Below, piece by piece: positions 44,084 through 53,305 of a stretch of 64,000 nt of DNA. Both the position numbers and the translations under genes were made by a program. The stretch covers positions 32,001 to 96,000 of the IMG/VR virus record IMGVR_UViG_3300023179_000016; one strand, written 5' to 3'. Every line of letters begins with the position of its first letter. Position 1 is the first letter of the stretch. This DNA comes from a virus. The notes beneath the pieces are model-generated. The model was not told the DNA's origin, ran no database searches, and saw nothing but the letters and a program-made list of their open reading frames with translations.

Positions 44084-44470
44084 GTGTTTATGGATTTATT
44101 GACTAAAGAACGCACAGTAGATATAAGTTGCACAGGTGAGGTAACTGGCAAAAAATATGAAGGTAGTTTTACCGTTCTGTGCTCTCTCAATATAGGTCAG
44201 AGACACGCTTTAGCGTTAGAAAAGACTAGACTTTTAGGCAATCATTCTAATCCTACAGATGACCTTATAGGTTTATCTGTTATCCTGGCTAATTTAAGAA
44301 TTAAAGTAGTCGATGGACCAGAATGGTGGAAACAAAGTAAGGGTGGATCTACATTAGAAGATGAAGAGGTCATAGTGACTCTTTTTGAAAAAATTCAAGA
44401 GGCAGAACGCTTGTGGAAAGATTCTTTGAAGCAGAAAGCACAGAAGCTACCAGAGCAAATTTCTCAATAG
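44084..44470 (+). CDS. tail assembly chaperone (DUF6915/gpG-like position)
   Basis: YEGSFTV...VDGPEWW; between tube and tape measure; assignment positional. Confidence 0.6.
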   Translation: MFMDLLTKERTVDISCTGEVTGKKYEGSFTVLCSLNIGQRHALALEKTRLLGNHSNPTDDLIGLSVILANLRIKVVDGPEWWKQSKGGSTLEDEEVIVTLFEKIQEAERLWKDSLKQKAQKLPEQISQ

Positions 44471-44907
44471 CAGAAGCAGTACAAAAGATAGCAGCCTATA
44501 ACGCAAGAGCTGATCTCGACAACGAGCATCAGCTTTTGCTTTTTTTACAGAGTTGGTGGTCAAATTTATATAATAAACCATTAAAAGACCCAATATTGGC
44601 CTCATATACATTAGAAGAGCTATTATATGAATTTTATGACAGATTAGAGCGGCAAAGAGCCAGAGAAGAGAACATTCAGACAGAAAATGATAGAATAGAA
44701 GAGGCCAAAGATAAAGCGGTTGAGGATTGGATCAGAGAAGAAGAGAATAAAGAATTATTAAAAGATGATCAAAAAAACACAGACGACAAACAATCAGATC
44801 CAACCAAAGACCCAGAAAATATAAAATGGATGCAAGAGCAGATAGATAAAGCCAAAAATGAGTATGGTGAAACTTTTGGTGAAGATATAATAGAAAATTT
44901 TGAATAG
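44413..44907 (+). CDS. second tail assembly chaperone (gpT-like position)
   Basis: SWWSNLYNKPLKDP; overlaps the upstream gene in the -1 frame; start uncertain. Confidence 0.6.
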   Translation: MERFFEAESTEATRANFSIAEAVQKIAAYNARADLDNEHQLLLFLQSWWSNLYNKPLKDPILASYTLEELLYEFYDRLERQRAREENIQTENDRIEEAKDKAVEDWIREEENKELLKDDQKNTDDKQSDPTKDPENIKWMQEQIDKAKNEYGETFGEDIIENFE

Positions 44908-44909
44908 TT

Positions 44910-47870
44910 ATGGCAAATAAAAAAGACGACGATTTAAGAAAAAGAATACAAGAGGCTAAAAAACCTACTCTTGGTGAGGAAGAACTCTCTAGAAGAATAG
45001 AGCAAAGTATAGAGCTTCGTGAAGCTTTAACTGCTGGTCTAGAATCTGGTCTAGGATCTGGGGATCCTAAACTTTTAAATCAAACGCTTTCTGCGATAAA
45101 CAAATCTGCTAAGGCTATTGCTAGAGATGAGCCGAGATTAGAGCTAAAACAAGCAGCCAGATTAGAGCGTCAAGGTTCTTTGATAGCATCTACAGTTCAA
45201 AGTATGTTTTCAGCAGAATCATCTAGTACACGCGGACGAATTTCGCAGATGGCTAGAAGCTCCGATATCATAAATGGTTCATTATCACTAACAGATGCTC
45301 CGTATGAAGAACTTGAAGAAAGACAAAGACAACAAGAAATTAGATTGGGTAAATTGGGTCAAAGAGCAGGTAGCGCCGCATCTGCCTTAATATTAGACCC
45401 CAACAATCCTAAATCAACTAAAATAGAACAAAAATTACAACGAACCCTACAAGAAAGAGAAGAAGTTCTTTCTAGTATGGCAGTCAATGAAGTGACATTA
45501 AAGAGAAAAAAGTCTTTAGGCTTAGACCCAGAATCTAAAATAGAAGATTTATACAAAACATCTTTTTTTGCTCAATCTTTGTTGAATGAAAATAAAATAG
45601 CGCAGAACTACGGATCAGATCAGATAAAAATTAAGGGTGAAAAACCTGGAGAAGAAATTTCTGTTAAAAAAACAGAAATAGATTCTAAATTAGTTGAAGA
45701 ATCAAAAAACTTATTAGAATCTATGAAAAAATTAGCAAAAGAAACTGATCACACTTCTGAAAGTTTTAAAAAACAAAGAGCTATAGCAGAACAACACAAA
45801 GAAAACATTGAGACACTTAGAGGAGCACAAAAAGCTAAAAGAGATTATGATGAGCAGACATACACCGATGCTGTCAGTAAAGCTCAAAAATATGCCGCTT
45901 ATGGTTCTTTTGCTAATATAGCCGGCGGAGCAGCACAAGAATTGTTTGTAAACCAAAGAAAACAAACAATGGCGAATCAGCGCGGATTTGCTCAATTTGA
46001 AAATATGAAATATGATACATATAGGGCTGCACTTTCTGGCGATGTGCAATCTATGATGATGTTGGGTCAATTTTCGGGAGCTGAAGATTTTGGTGGACAA
46101 TTGAAAGCTGGACAAACAGCTGCATTAGGACTTAAAGGAGTCGGGGCTGGGTTTGATATCAAGGCGGGAAGCGCATTAATTGGTGCTGGTGCAGCTGGTT
46201 CAGTTGGGGGTACTTTTACTGGAGCTGTTGGTCAAAGTGTCAATGTCGCGCGAGAAGGCGCGCAGATGGTCGCGGGCGGTACAGCAAATCTTATAACAAT
46301 AGGTGAAGATATAAGAAAGTCACAGTTCGGTCCTGGAGGCTCTGCCAATACCGAAAAACTTCAAGGTGCCTTCGCCAATGTAGAAACAATGAAAGCGATA
46401 ACAAAAATACCTGCTTTTCAGCAACAACAGTTACTAGATTTTTCTAGGGGAATGGGAGAAGTTGCTAGAGGTATGGGTGGTCAAGGGGAGGCATTTCTAA
46501 ACGAGTCGCTTGGGTCCAATAAGATGTTAGATAGAATGCAAAGTTTACGCATGTCTCCGGAAGAAATGACTAAAATGATGTCCTTTGGTGTAAACGAGGT
46601 CGGTAGTACATTTACAGCACAATCTGCATTTGCCGCTAGAGGCCTTGAAAAATCTGGTATAGGGACTAAAGAACAAAATCTACAGAGAATGGCCATGCTG
46701 TCTCAAGCTGGTGCCAACAATCCAGAAACTGCACTTTCAAATGTCTTAGAGGCCGCAGTGGGTAGAGGTTTTGATAATTCTAAATCTATGTCAGTTTTAG
46801 TTCAAAATACCGCAGAAATGGCAAAACAAAGTGCTACTTCTATGGCTGCAGGTTTAGATGTTACCGGCAGTATTTCTACTATATTGGCTGCCGGCGCAGA
46901 CAAAAATATGCCCAATAGAGAATTTGCACTTGAAAGATCTAGAACAGTTCAAGAAGCAATACAAGGAACTACGGCCAACACGGGGACCGATTTATTGGGT
47001 TTGATGAACACATCTACCATATCGTCGTTAACAGGACTTAGCGGCAAATCTGCGACATTTGCAGCTAAAATATCAATGTCTGAATTGAGGTCTCTAAAAG
47101 GGAAATCTAAGGGAGAAATAGAAGACTATTTTGCAGAAAGAGGCGTCGATCCAAACGAATTTGGATCTGGTGCAGTTGAAGGCATCAATCAATTGATGAA
47201 ATCTAAAGCAGAAGCATTGCTTCGCGGCAAAACTGGAATGGGTTTAGTTGCAGATTTAAGTGAAAAAGATAAAGATAAAATATTAAGTGCCTTTACAACC
47301 GGCGATCCTTCTAAGTTGGGTGGAGATAAAAGACTACAAGCGATTGTAAGTCAATTACAAGAAGGCATAGGCAGTAAAGAATTAATTAGGGGCGTTGGTG
47401 CTGGATTTATAGGAGAAAATGAACCTAATTCTAAAGCTAAAGTTGAAGGACTTAAAAAGGGCGAAGGTGGAGGAGAACTTCAAAAAGCCTTTGATGCAAT
47501 GTCTACAAGCGGCGCTGCTCAATTAACCGATGCCGCGAAAAGAGCTACTGATTCTTTAGGCAGTGCAGCAAAAGCGTTAAAAGGTTTTGCACAAATAGCT
47601 GTAAATCTTAGAGCCTCTGATTATGAAAAAATTGCAACAGACGCGGCAGCTAAAGCAGCAGGTACAGGTGAATTTTCTAAAGCAGCAAATGAGATGTTTA
47701 GTAATTCTGTTGGTAAATTTGGTGATTTTGTTCAAGAATTAACAGATTTATTAAAAACAGCAGATATATCTGGTAGAAATAGTGTTGCACCTGCAGGCGC
47801 TATAAGACAGCTAAAGAGCGCCACAGAAAAACAAAGATTTATGAAGACCTCACCGGGAGGCAAAAAATAA
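44910..47870 (+). CDS. tape measure protein
   Basis: 986 aa, Ala/Gly/Gln/Met-rich helical, canonical position. Confidence 0.78.
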   Translation: MANKKDDDLRKRIQEAKKPTLGEEELSRRIEQSIELREALTAGLESGLGSGDPKLLNQTLSAINKSAKAIARDEPRLELKQAARLERQGSLIASTVQSMFSAESSSTRGRISQMARSSDIINGSLSLTDAPYEELEERQRQQEIRLGKLGQRAGSAASALILDPNNPKSTKIEQKLQRTLQEREEVLSSMAVNEVTLKRKKSLGLDPESKIEDLYKTSFFAQSLLNENKIAQNYGSDQIKIKGEKPGEEISVKKTEIDSKLVEESKNLLESMKKLAKETDHTSESFKKQRAIAEQHKENIETLRGAQKAKRDYDEQTYTDAVSKAQKYAAYGSFANIAGGAAQELFVNQRKQTMANQRGFAQFENMKYDTYRAALSGDVQSMMMLGQFSGAEDFGGQLKAGQTAALGLKGVGAGFDIKAGSALIGAGAAGSVGGTFTGAVGQSVNVAREGAQMVAGGTANLITIGEDIRKSQFGPGGSANTEKLQGAFANVETMKAITKIPAFQQQQLLDFSRGMGEVARGMGGQGEAFLNESLGSNKMLDRMQSLRMSPEEMTKMMSFGVNEVGSTFTAQSAFAARGLEKSGIGTKEQNLQRMAMLSQAGANNPETALSNVLEAAVGRGFDNSKSMSVLVQNTAEMAKQSATSMAAGLDVTGSISTILAAGADKNMPNREFALERSRTVQEAIQGTTANTGTDLLGLMNTSTISSLTGLSGKSATFAAKISMSELRSLKGKSKGEIEDYFAERGVDPNEFGSGAVEGINQLMKSKAEALLRGKTGMGLVADLSEKDKDKILSAFTTGDPSKLGGDKRLQAIVSQLQEGIGSKELIRGVGAGFIGENEPNSKAKVEGLKKGEGGGELQKAFDAMSTSGAAQLTDAAKRATDSLGSAAKALKGFAQIAVNLRASDYEKIATDAAAKAAGTGEFSKAANEMFSNSVGKFGDFVQELTDLLKTADISGRNSVAPAGAIRQLKSATEKQRFMKTSPGGKK

Positions 47871-49658
47871 ATGGAAAACAATTTTCATGTGGATACTCCG
47901 CATGCCGCCGTCGTTATATGGAACTATAAAGATAGACTAGGCGCCGATGGTAGCAATATATCTACAGTAGACGACACAGAGAAAGAGATAATAATAAATA
48001 CATCTGATTGTATTTCCATTGAGACGACAAAAGCAAAAGGGAATCCTCAGGGGTCTTTTAGATTTGTTTTGGCACCGTCGACAAATTGGGTCTCAGCAAT
48101 AACAGCTGGAAGTTGGTGCTGCATCTTCATGTCTACGAAAGAAATAAAACCTTGGGACTTAACTACTGCAAACGATACTCGTGAATTTAAAAAAAATAGT
48201 CTGAAGATGATAGGAAAGATAGAGTCGGTGAGAATTGAGACTCAAGTAGATCAGTCTGGCGCTAGAAGAAGTTTATACTATGTTAGTGGTGTCGATTGGG
48301 GTTGTGTTTTTAATACTAATATTTATATCGATCCAGCAATACCTGCTTCTGGTGATCCTAGTACTCAGGGGAACATTCTATTTGTAGCGTTAAGAAAACT
48401 ATTTGAAGATAAAAATAATCACATGCAGTACATATCAACTGACGATGTCATAACAGGTTTAAAAGATATTTGTGGCGTAAATCTTACAGATATAAATAAA
48501 GGCGCACAGAGTGTGGGTAAATTAGGTAAATCCGTATATGAGTTTAAGTTCCCGCAGGGACTAAAGAATTATTTGGGTTTGTCCTCTGACAAAATAATGT
48601 CTAACATAAACCTAAAGTCTGGCTCTTTACAAAAACTTCAAAATAAATATGAACCTGTAGTAGAGGCAGTGAGTGTACCCTCTGTATTAACTCTTCAGGG
48701 TCAATTTAGTCTATGGCAAGTAATGATGGAAAATTCAAATCCATCGTTAAACGAAATGTTTTGCGAAATAGATTGGGACGATGAGATGAGCGATGCGCCT
48801 AATTTTATCTTATATAAAAGAATAAAGCCTTTTTCATTTAAGGAAGGAAAGAAGTCTAATACTATATCGTCGAATATTAGATCATATTTTCAACTCGTAA
48901 AACGACACGAAATACATAATATAAATGTCGTATCTATAAATGCAGGCACAAACTCTAGAGATAAATTTAATTATGCGCAAATAAGATTTGATACTCAGCA
49001 ATTGCAGGCCCTAGACAATATAATAAGAAGAGGTCTAGAGACATTTGACGAAGTTGCATTTCAGCGAGAAGGTTTCAAAGCATTCATCGAATCGACTAAA
49101 CAACTACCGATCGTCCCTAAAAAAGATAAAAATATAACACATAAGGAGATTGGGGTTACAAAAGAAGTTGCAGCTGGATGGGTAGGTCTTCTTAGAGAAT
49201 GGTATTTTGACACACACAGAATGTTAAATGGCACCATTAATATGGTTGGTGTTTCTGAATATATGGCAGTAGGAAACAATATACAGTTTGATCTAAGTCT
49301 AATAAATCCAACCCTTAACATGACAGAAACAACCTTAAAAGGTAAAAATAAATATTATGTATTAGCTCATATAGAGTCAATATCGCATAAATTCTCTATA
49401 GAGGGGGATGGAGCTAGATCTTACATGACAAACATACAATTCTCCAGAGGTGTAATAATAGAAGGCGGAAAAGAAAACAAAAAAGGTCACGACGATAAAA
49501 ACAAATCTGAACAAAAAACCTTTATCTTAGATCAAGATGCGACTCTTATTCCGCGAGTCTATGACATAAACAGTATCAATACTGTATTGACCCAACATGA
49601 AAAAGATCCAGGTCCACCACAAACTACCATTGAAAAAGATTTAAAGGGTCAGTTGTAG
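47871..49658 (+). CDS. baseplate hub-like protein
   Basis: KGNPQGSFRF, VSGVDWG, NGTINMVG, HIESISHKF; after tape measure. Confidence 0.65.
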   Translation: MENNFHVDTPHAAVVIWNYKDRLGADGSNISTVDDTEKEIIINTSDCISIETTKAKGNPQGSFRFVLAPSTNWVSAITAGSWCCIFMSTKEIKPWDLTTANDTREFKKNSLKMIGKIESVRIETQVDQSGARRSLYYVSGVDWGCVFNTNIYIDPAIPASGDPSTQGNILFVALRKLFEDKNNHMQYISTDDVITGLKDICGVNLTDINKGAQSVGKLGKSVYEFKFPQGLKNYLGLSSDKIMSNINLKSGSLQKLQNKYEPVVEAVSVPSVLTLQGQFSLWQVMMENSNPSLNEMFCEIDWDDEMSDAPNFILYKRIKPFSFKEGKKSNTISSNIRSYFQLVKRHEIHNINVVSINAGTNSRDKFNYAQIRFDTQQLQALDNIIRRGLETFDEVAFQREGFKAFIESTKQLPIVPKKDKNITHKEIGVTKEVAAGWVGLLREWYFDTHRMLNGTINMVGVSEYMAVGNNIQFDLSLINPTLNMTETTLKGKNKYYVLAHIESISHKFSIEGDGARSYMTNIQFSRGVIIEGGKENKKGHDDKNKSEQKTFILDQDATLIPRVYDINSINTVLTQHEKDPGPPQTTIEKDLKGQL

Positions 49659-49662
49659 TTTT

Positions 49663-50676
49663 ATGTTATTTGATGATCCATTTGATATCGTAGATGATAG
49701 CTCTATCTGGAGAGATAGCGGCAGTTTTGTGGCCGTAGAGGATAAAGATCCGTATTTGAGAAGGGGCATCATTAAAAAAGTAATCAAAGACAACTCAACT
49801 AATAAATTAAAATTTCTTGTCGAGGTTTATCATTTAGGTCGTCAATTAGAAACTATATGCGATCTAATGTTGAGAAGCGGTGGGGTTTTTAACTATGAAG
49901 AAATAGTACCTAGGGGATACAAAATAGAAGACAAGCTAGATGAATTTGCTTCTTATAACGCAAAACCAGGGGACATGGTGATAGTTGCATCACTCAATGG
50001 GCAATTTAGAGAGGGCATCATTTTAGGTTTTATGATGCACACCTCTAGAAAAGCCACTTTAGATTATGAAAAGGGTCCACAACACATACAAGAATTTAAT
50101 GGTGTTGAGACACATATAAACGAAAATGGTGAATATAAATTAACTTTTAAAGGTCTTCAAAAAAACATAGATAAGCTAAAAGAAAAACCTACTAGTGAAG
50201 CACCTAAACCACAATATGATGATTCTATAGGCGGTTCGTATCTTAAATTTGACAAGACTGGTAGTTTTTTATTAACCGACTCTGCCAAAGAGAATCCTCA
50301 ATCTATTAATATAGATAAAACTAATGGATCATTGGTGATTACATCTGGAAAAATAGTTTTAACTATGAGCAAAAACGATGAAAAAATATCTATAAAAAAT
50401 AAAATAACAAACATTGACTCAGAGACCAGTATATCTCAAAATACAAAAGAGTTTAGCGTGTCTGCAACCGGCTCTACAAAACTAAAAAGCCCTAAAATAG
50501 CGATAGGTAACGATGGAACAGAGTTATTAGATCAGTTAGCTAAATTAATCGATGGATTAGGAAAAGTTCAACCAATATCGCCGCTTGGCCCTTGTACACC
50601 GTTACAGGCTACGCCCCAATGGGCAGAAGTAATGTCTATAAAATCTAAAATAAAAGACATAACAGGCGCTTTGTAA
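49663..50676 (+). CDS. baseplate spike (gpV/gp5-like)
   Basis: OB-like PGDMVIVASLNG..GIILG followed by beta-strand repeats. Confidence 0.65.
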   Translation: MLFDDPFDIVDDSSIWRDSGSFVAVEDKDPYLRRGIIKKVIKDNSTNKLKFLVEVYHLGRQLETICDLMLRSGGVFNYEEIVPRGYKIEDKLDEFASYNAKPGDMVIVASLNGQFREGIILGFMMHTSRKATLDYEKGPQHIQEFNGVETHINENGEYKLTFKGLQKNIDKLKEKPTSEAPKPQYDDSIGGSYLKFDKTGSFLLTDSAKENPQSINIDKTNGSLVITSGKIVLTMSKNDEKISIKNKITNIDSETSISQNTKEFSVSATGSTKLKSPKIAIGNDGTELLDQLAKLIDGLGKVQPISPLGPCTPLQATPQWAEVMSIKSKIKDITGAL

Positions 50677-50714
50677 GATAAATGGACTAACGCAATATAG
50701 TTTATAATAAGTTT

Positions 50715-51662
50715 ATGTCTATACAGAATCTTGCCAACATATTAGATAACTCAGTTAAATCACTATTAAATAAATCTTCAAATACTGCTAAAGGGCCAGA
50801 TGTTGCCCAAGAAGATGTTAAAAAGACTTTAGATGATATATATTCAATTTCATCAGATGACTGGTATTCTGCTAAACCATATGGTTTTAAATTTCAATAT
50901 AAACAAAAAAATAGATATATGGTCATGTTTTTGCCAATAGGGCCTAGCAACATCAATATAAATACAAATTTTGCTACTAATATCATACCTACATTATATG
51001 GAACTGTAGAGGAACACTCGCCTGTTAGGTATTACGATATATCTATAGAAGGCACCACCGGAATGGCGCCAAAATACATTAGCCCAAAACATGTAAGCGA
51101 TCCGGCAGAGGCCAGTAAGATATCAAAAGATAGAACGACAGGTAGATCCTCCTTTACAGTAAGTAAAAATGCACTAGGCATTTTTCCTAAAACGCTCAAT
51201 CTAGTTCAACAAACCATTGATAAAGCCGCAGATATTTTAAGTTCACCTAAAACTGAACTTGGCGTCAATAACGACAATAGCGGGTATGTTGCATTTCACA
51301 ATCTATATAGATTTTTATTACTTTACAAGAAAAACATACTTGAGGAATCCGAGGAGAAAGAACCGCTAATATTCTTCAATTATAAAGATAATAATGAATA
51401 TTATGTAACTATTAAAAATTTCTCATTAAGAAGATCTGCCGAAAACCCAATGTTATATTATTACAGCATACAAATGCGTGCGTATAATCTTAGGTCAATA
51501 GGCGGCAACAAAATAGAATACGACTTAAAGAACAGAATTAAAGAATTAGGTTTAGATGGCGTCACTTCATCGTCGTTGTTTGGCGAATTTAAATCTGTAA
51601 GCAATAAGGCTAAATCTGGCATGGCTTTAATTAAAGGTGTTGGTAGATCGGTAGGTAGATAA
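50715..51662 (+). CDS. baseplate/tube-initiator-like protein
   Basis: IPTLYGTVEEH, ISIEGTTG, FSLRRSAENPMLYYYSI; ATG 7 nt after TATAAT. Confidence 0.55.
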   Translation: MSIQNLANILDNSVKSLLNKSSNTAKGPDVAQEDVKKTLDDIYSISSDDWYSAKPYGFKFQYKQKNRYMVMFLPIGPSNININTNFATNIIPTLYGTVEEHSPVRYYDISIEGTTGMAPKYISPKHVSDPAEASKISKDRTTGRSSFTVSKNALGIFPKTLNLVQQTIDKAADILSSPKTELGVNNDNSGYVAFHNLYRFLLLYKKNILEESEEKEPLIFFNYKDNNEYYVTIKNFSLRRSAENPMLYYYSIQMRAYNLRSIGGNKIEYDLKNRIKELGLDGVTSSSLFGEFKSVSNKAKSGMALIKGVGRSVGR

Positions 51663-51665
51663 ATA

Positions 51666-53267
51666 ATGTCTACTATAAATAAAGCATATTCTGCCATTGC
51701 AGACATTAACTTATGGTATAAAAATAAGTCTAATGACGATTTAGTTTTAGCAGATATACCTAGTTTAATACCATTGAGATGGGCGTATTTTAGAGATAAT
51801 TGGGAGTTTATCAAGCAAACATTGGTAAATTCTATTAGTAGCAATGACGATCCAGATTTTTTTAATAGTCAAATAAAAGATTTTTCTAATTTTATTTATT
51901 ATCAAAGAACAATTACAGCTAAAATCAATCCGTTTTCAGATTCAAATAATTTTTATAGGTTTTACTACATATTTAATCAAATATCTGTACAGTCTATTAA
52001 CTTAAACAATGAAGAAATAAAAATAATAGAAAATGAAAAATTAAGAGTTAGCGCTTTTTCTAGAAATAATTTCATAAGTGCAAAAAACGATATAATAGAG
52101 TATAGAGATAGATTAGCAGATACATGCGGTTTAAGCGATGATGCCTACAATACTGCATTTAATAAAAGCTCTATACCTGCGCAAACAACAGCCACAATAG
52201 ACGACATAAATTTAATAAACACGCTACAGCAAAGTGTGAAAACAATAGATTTTATATTAGCAAATCTATTTGCTGTAGATGTGGCAGTAGATCCATTTGC
52301 TATTGCTAGAGCCAACGCAAATAACCCTAATATAAATATTGGTCAATATAGTTCTGGTACACTTGTTAAAATTAACTATGGTGAAAGCTTGCAATCTTTA
52401 GCTAATAGATATCTAGGCAATCCAGATAAATGGTTGGATATAGCTATAGCCAATGGCTTAAAGCCTCCATATATAGACGAAGTGGGTGAAAAATTACCGT
52501 TACTATCTAACGGAAGAGAGAATCAAATAAATCTTTCTGAAACTGATCTTAATGGTTTATTAAACATAGATAAGCTCTACATAAATCAACCCGTGTTTTT
52601 GCAGTCCTCAACTCAAGTAACTATAGATCAAAGAACTATAGTTAACATAAGACAGATACCGATATCCGGAGAGATAATATTAGAGTTAGACGGTGCTAGA
52701 GATTTAGATAAATATCAAGTAGCTGATAATGCCAGAATCAGGGTATTTAAGCCAAACACTATAAATAGTTCTTTTTATGTACTGATACCATCCAATGCAC
52801 CATTGGACACCAATAGAAAGGAAGAAGTGCCATGGTTTTTGGCAAAAAAAGCAGAAGATGAGAAAAAAGCAAGAATAGACTTCTATATCGACGACAACAA
52901 TGACCTATCCTTCGATACCAACGGTGATTTAAAACTTAATTTTGGCATAGATAACGCAATACAGGCTATAAAACTTAAACTATCTACCGAATTAGGCACA
53001 TTAAATCGCCATCCAAATTTTGGTTTAGTAAATGTCATAGGTGAAAACAGTAATAATATAAGCGGCATAAAAAAGACGTTGACTCAATCAATAGTTGATC
53101 AAATAGCTCAAGATGCCAGATTTGATAGGGTAGAACAGTTATCTGTCAGTTATTTAGTAAATAAACTTACTAATGAGGGGGTAGCTGGCTTTATCATAAA
53201 CCTTTCGGTACGCCTAGCAGGCAGTAAACAAGTAATTCCTATAAGTTTTACTATAAATAACACTTAA
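51666..53267 (+). CDS. LysM-like + gp25-like baseplate wedge protein
   Basis: GESLQSLANRYLGNPDKWLDIAIANGL; GDL...NAIQAI...GTL.RHPNFG...QDARF. Confidence 0.75.
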   Translation: MSTINKAYSAIADINLWYKNKSNDDLVLADIPSLIPLRWAYFRDNWEFIKQTLVNSISSNDDPDFFNSQIKDFSNFIYYQRTITAKINPFSDSNNFYRFYYIFNQISVQSINLNNEEIKIIENEKLRVSAFSRNNFISAKNDIIEYRDRLADTCGLSDDAYNTAFNKSSIPAQTTATIDDINLINTLQQSVKTIDFILANLFAVDVAVDPFAIARANANNPNINIGQYSSGTLVKINYGESLQSLANRYLGNPDKWLDIAIANGLKPPYIDEVGEKLPLLSNGRENQINLSETDLNGLLNIDKLYINQPVFLQSSTQVTIDQRTIVNIRQIPISGEIILELDGARDLDKYQVADNARIRVFKPNTINSSFYVLIPSNAPLDTNRKEEVPWFLAKKAEDEKKARIDFYIDDNNDLSFDTNGDLKLNFGIDNAIQAIKLKLSTELGTLNRHPNFGLVNVIGENSNNISGIKKTLTQSIVDQIAQDARFDRVEQLSVSYLVNKLTNEGVAGFIINLSVRLAGSKQVIPISFTINNT

Positions 53268-53305
53268 TATGTTAAAATCATAGTATAAACTAATAAAGGG
53301 CGTTT

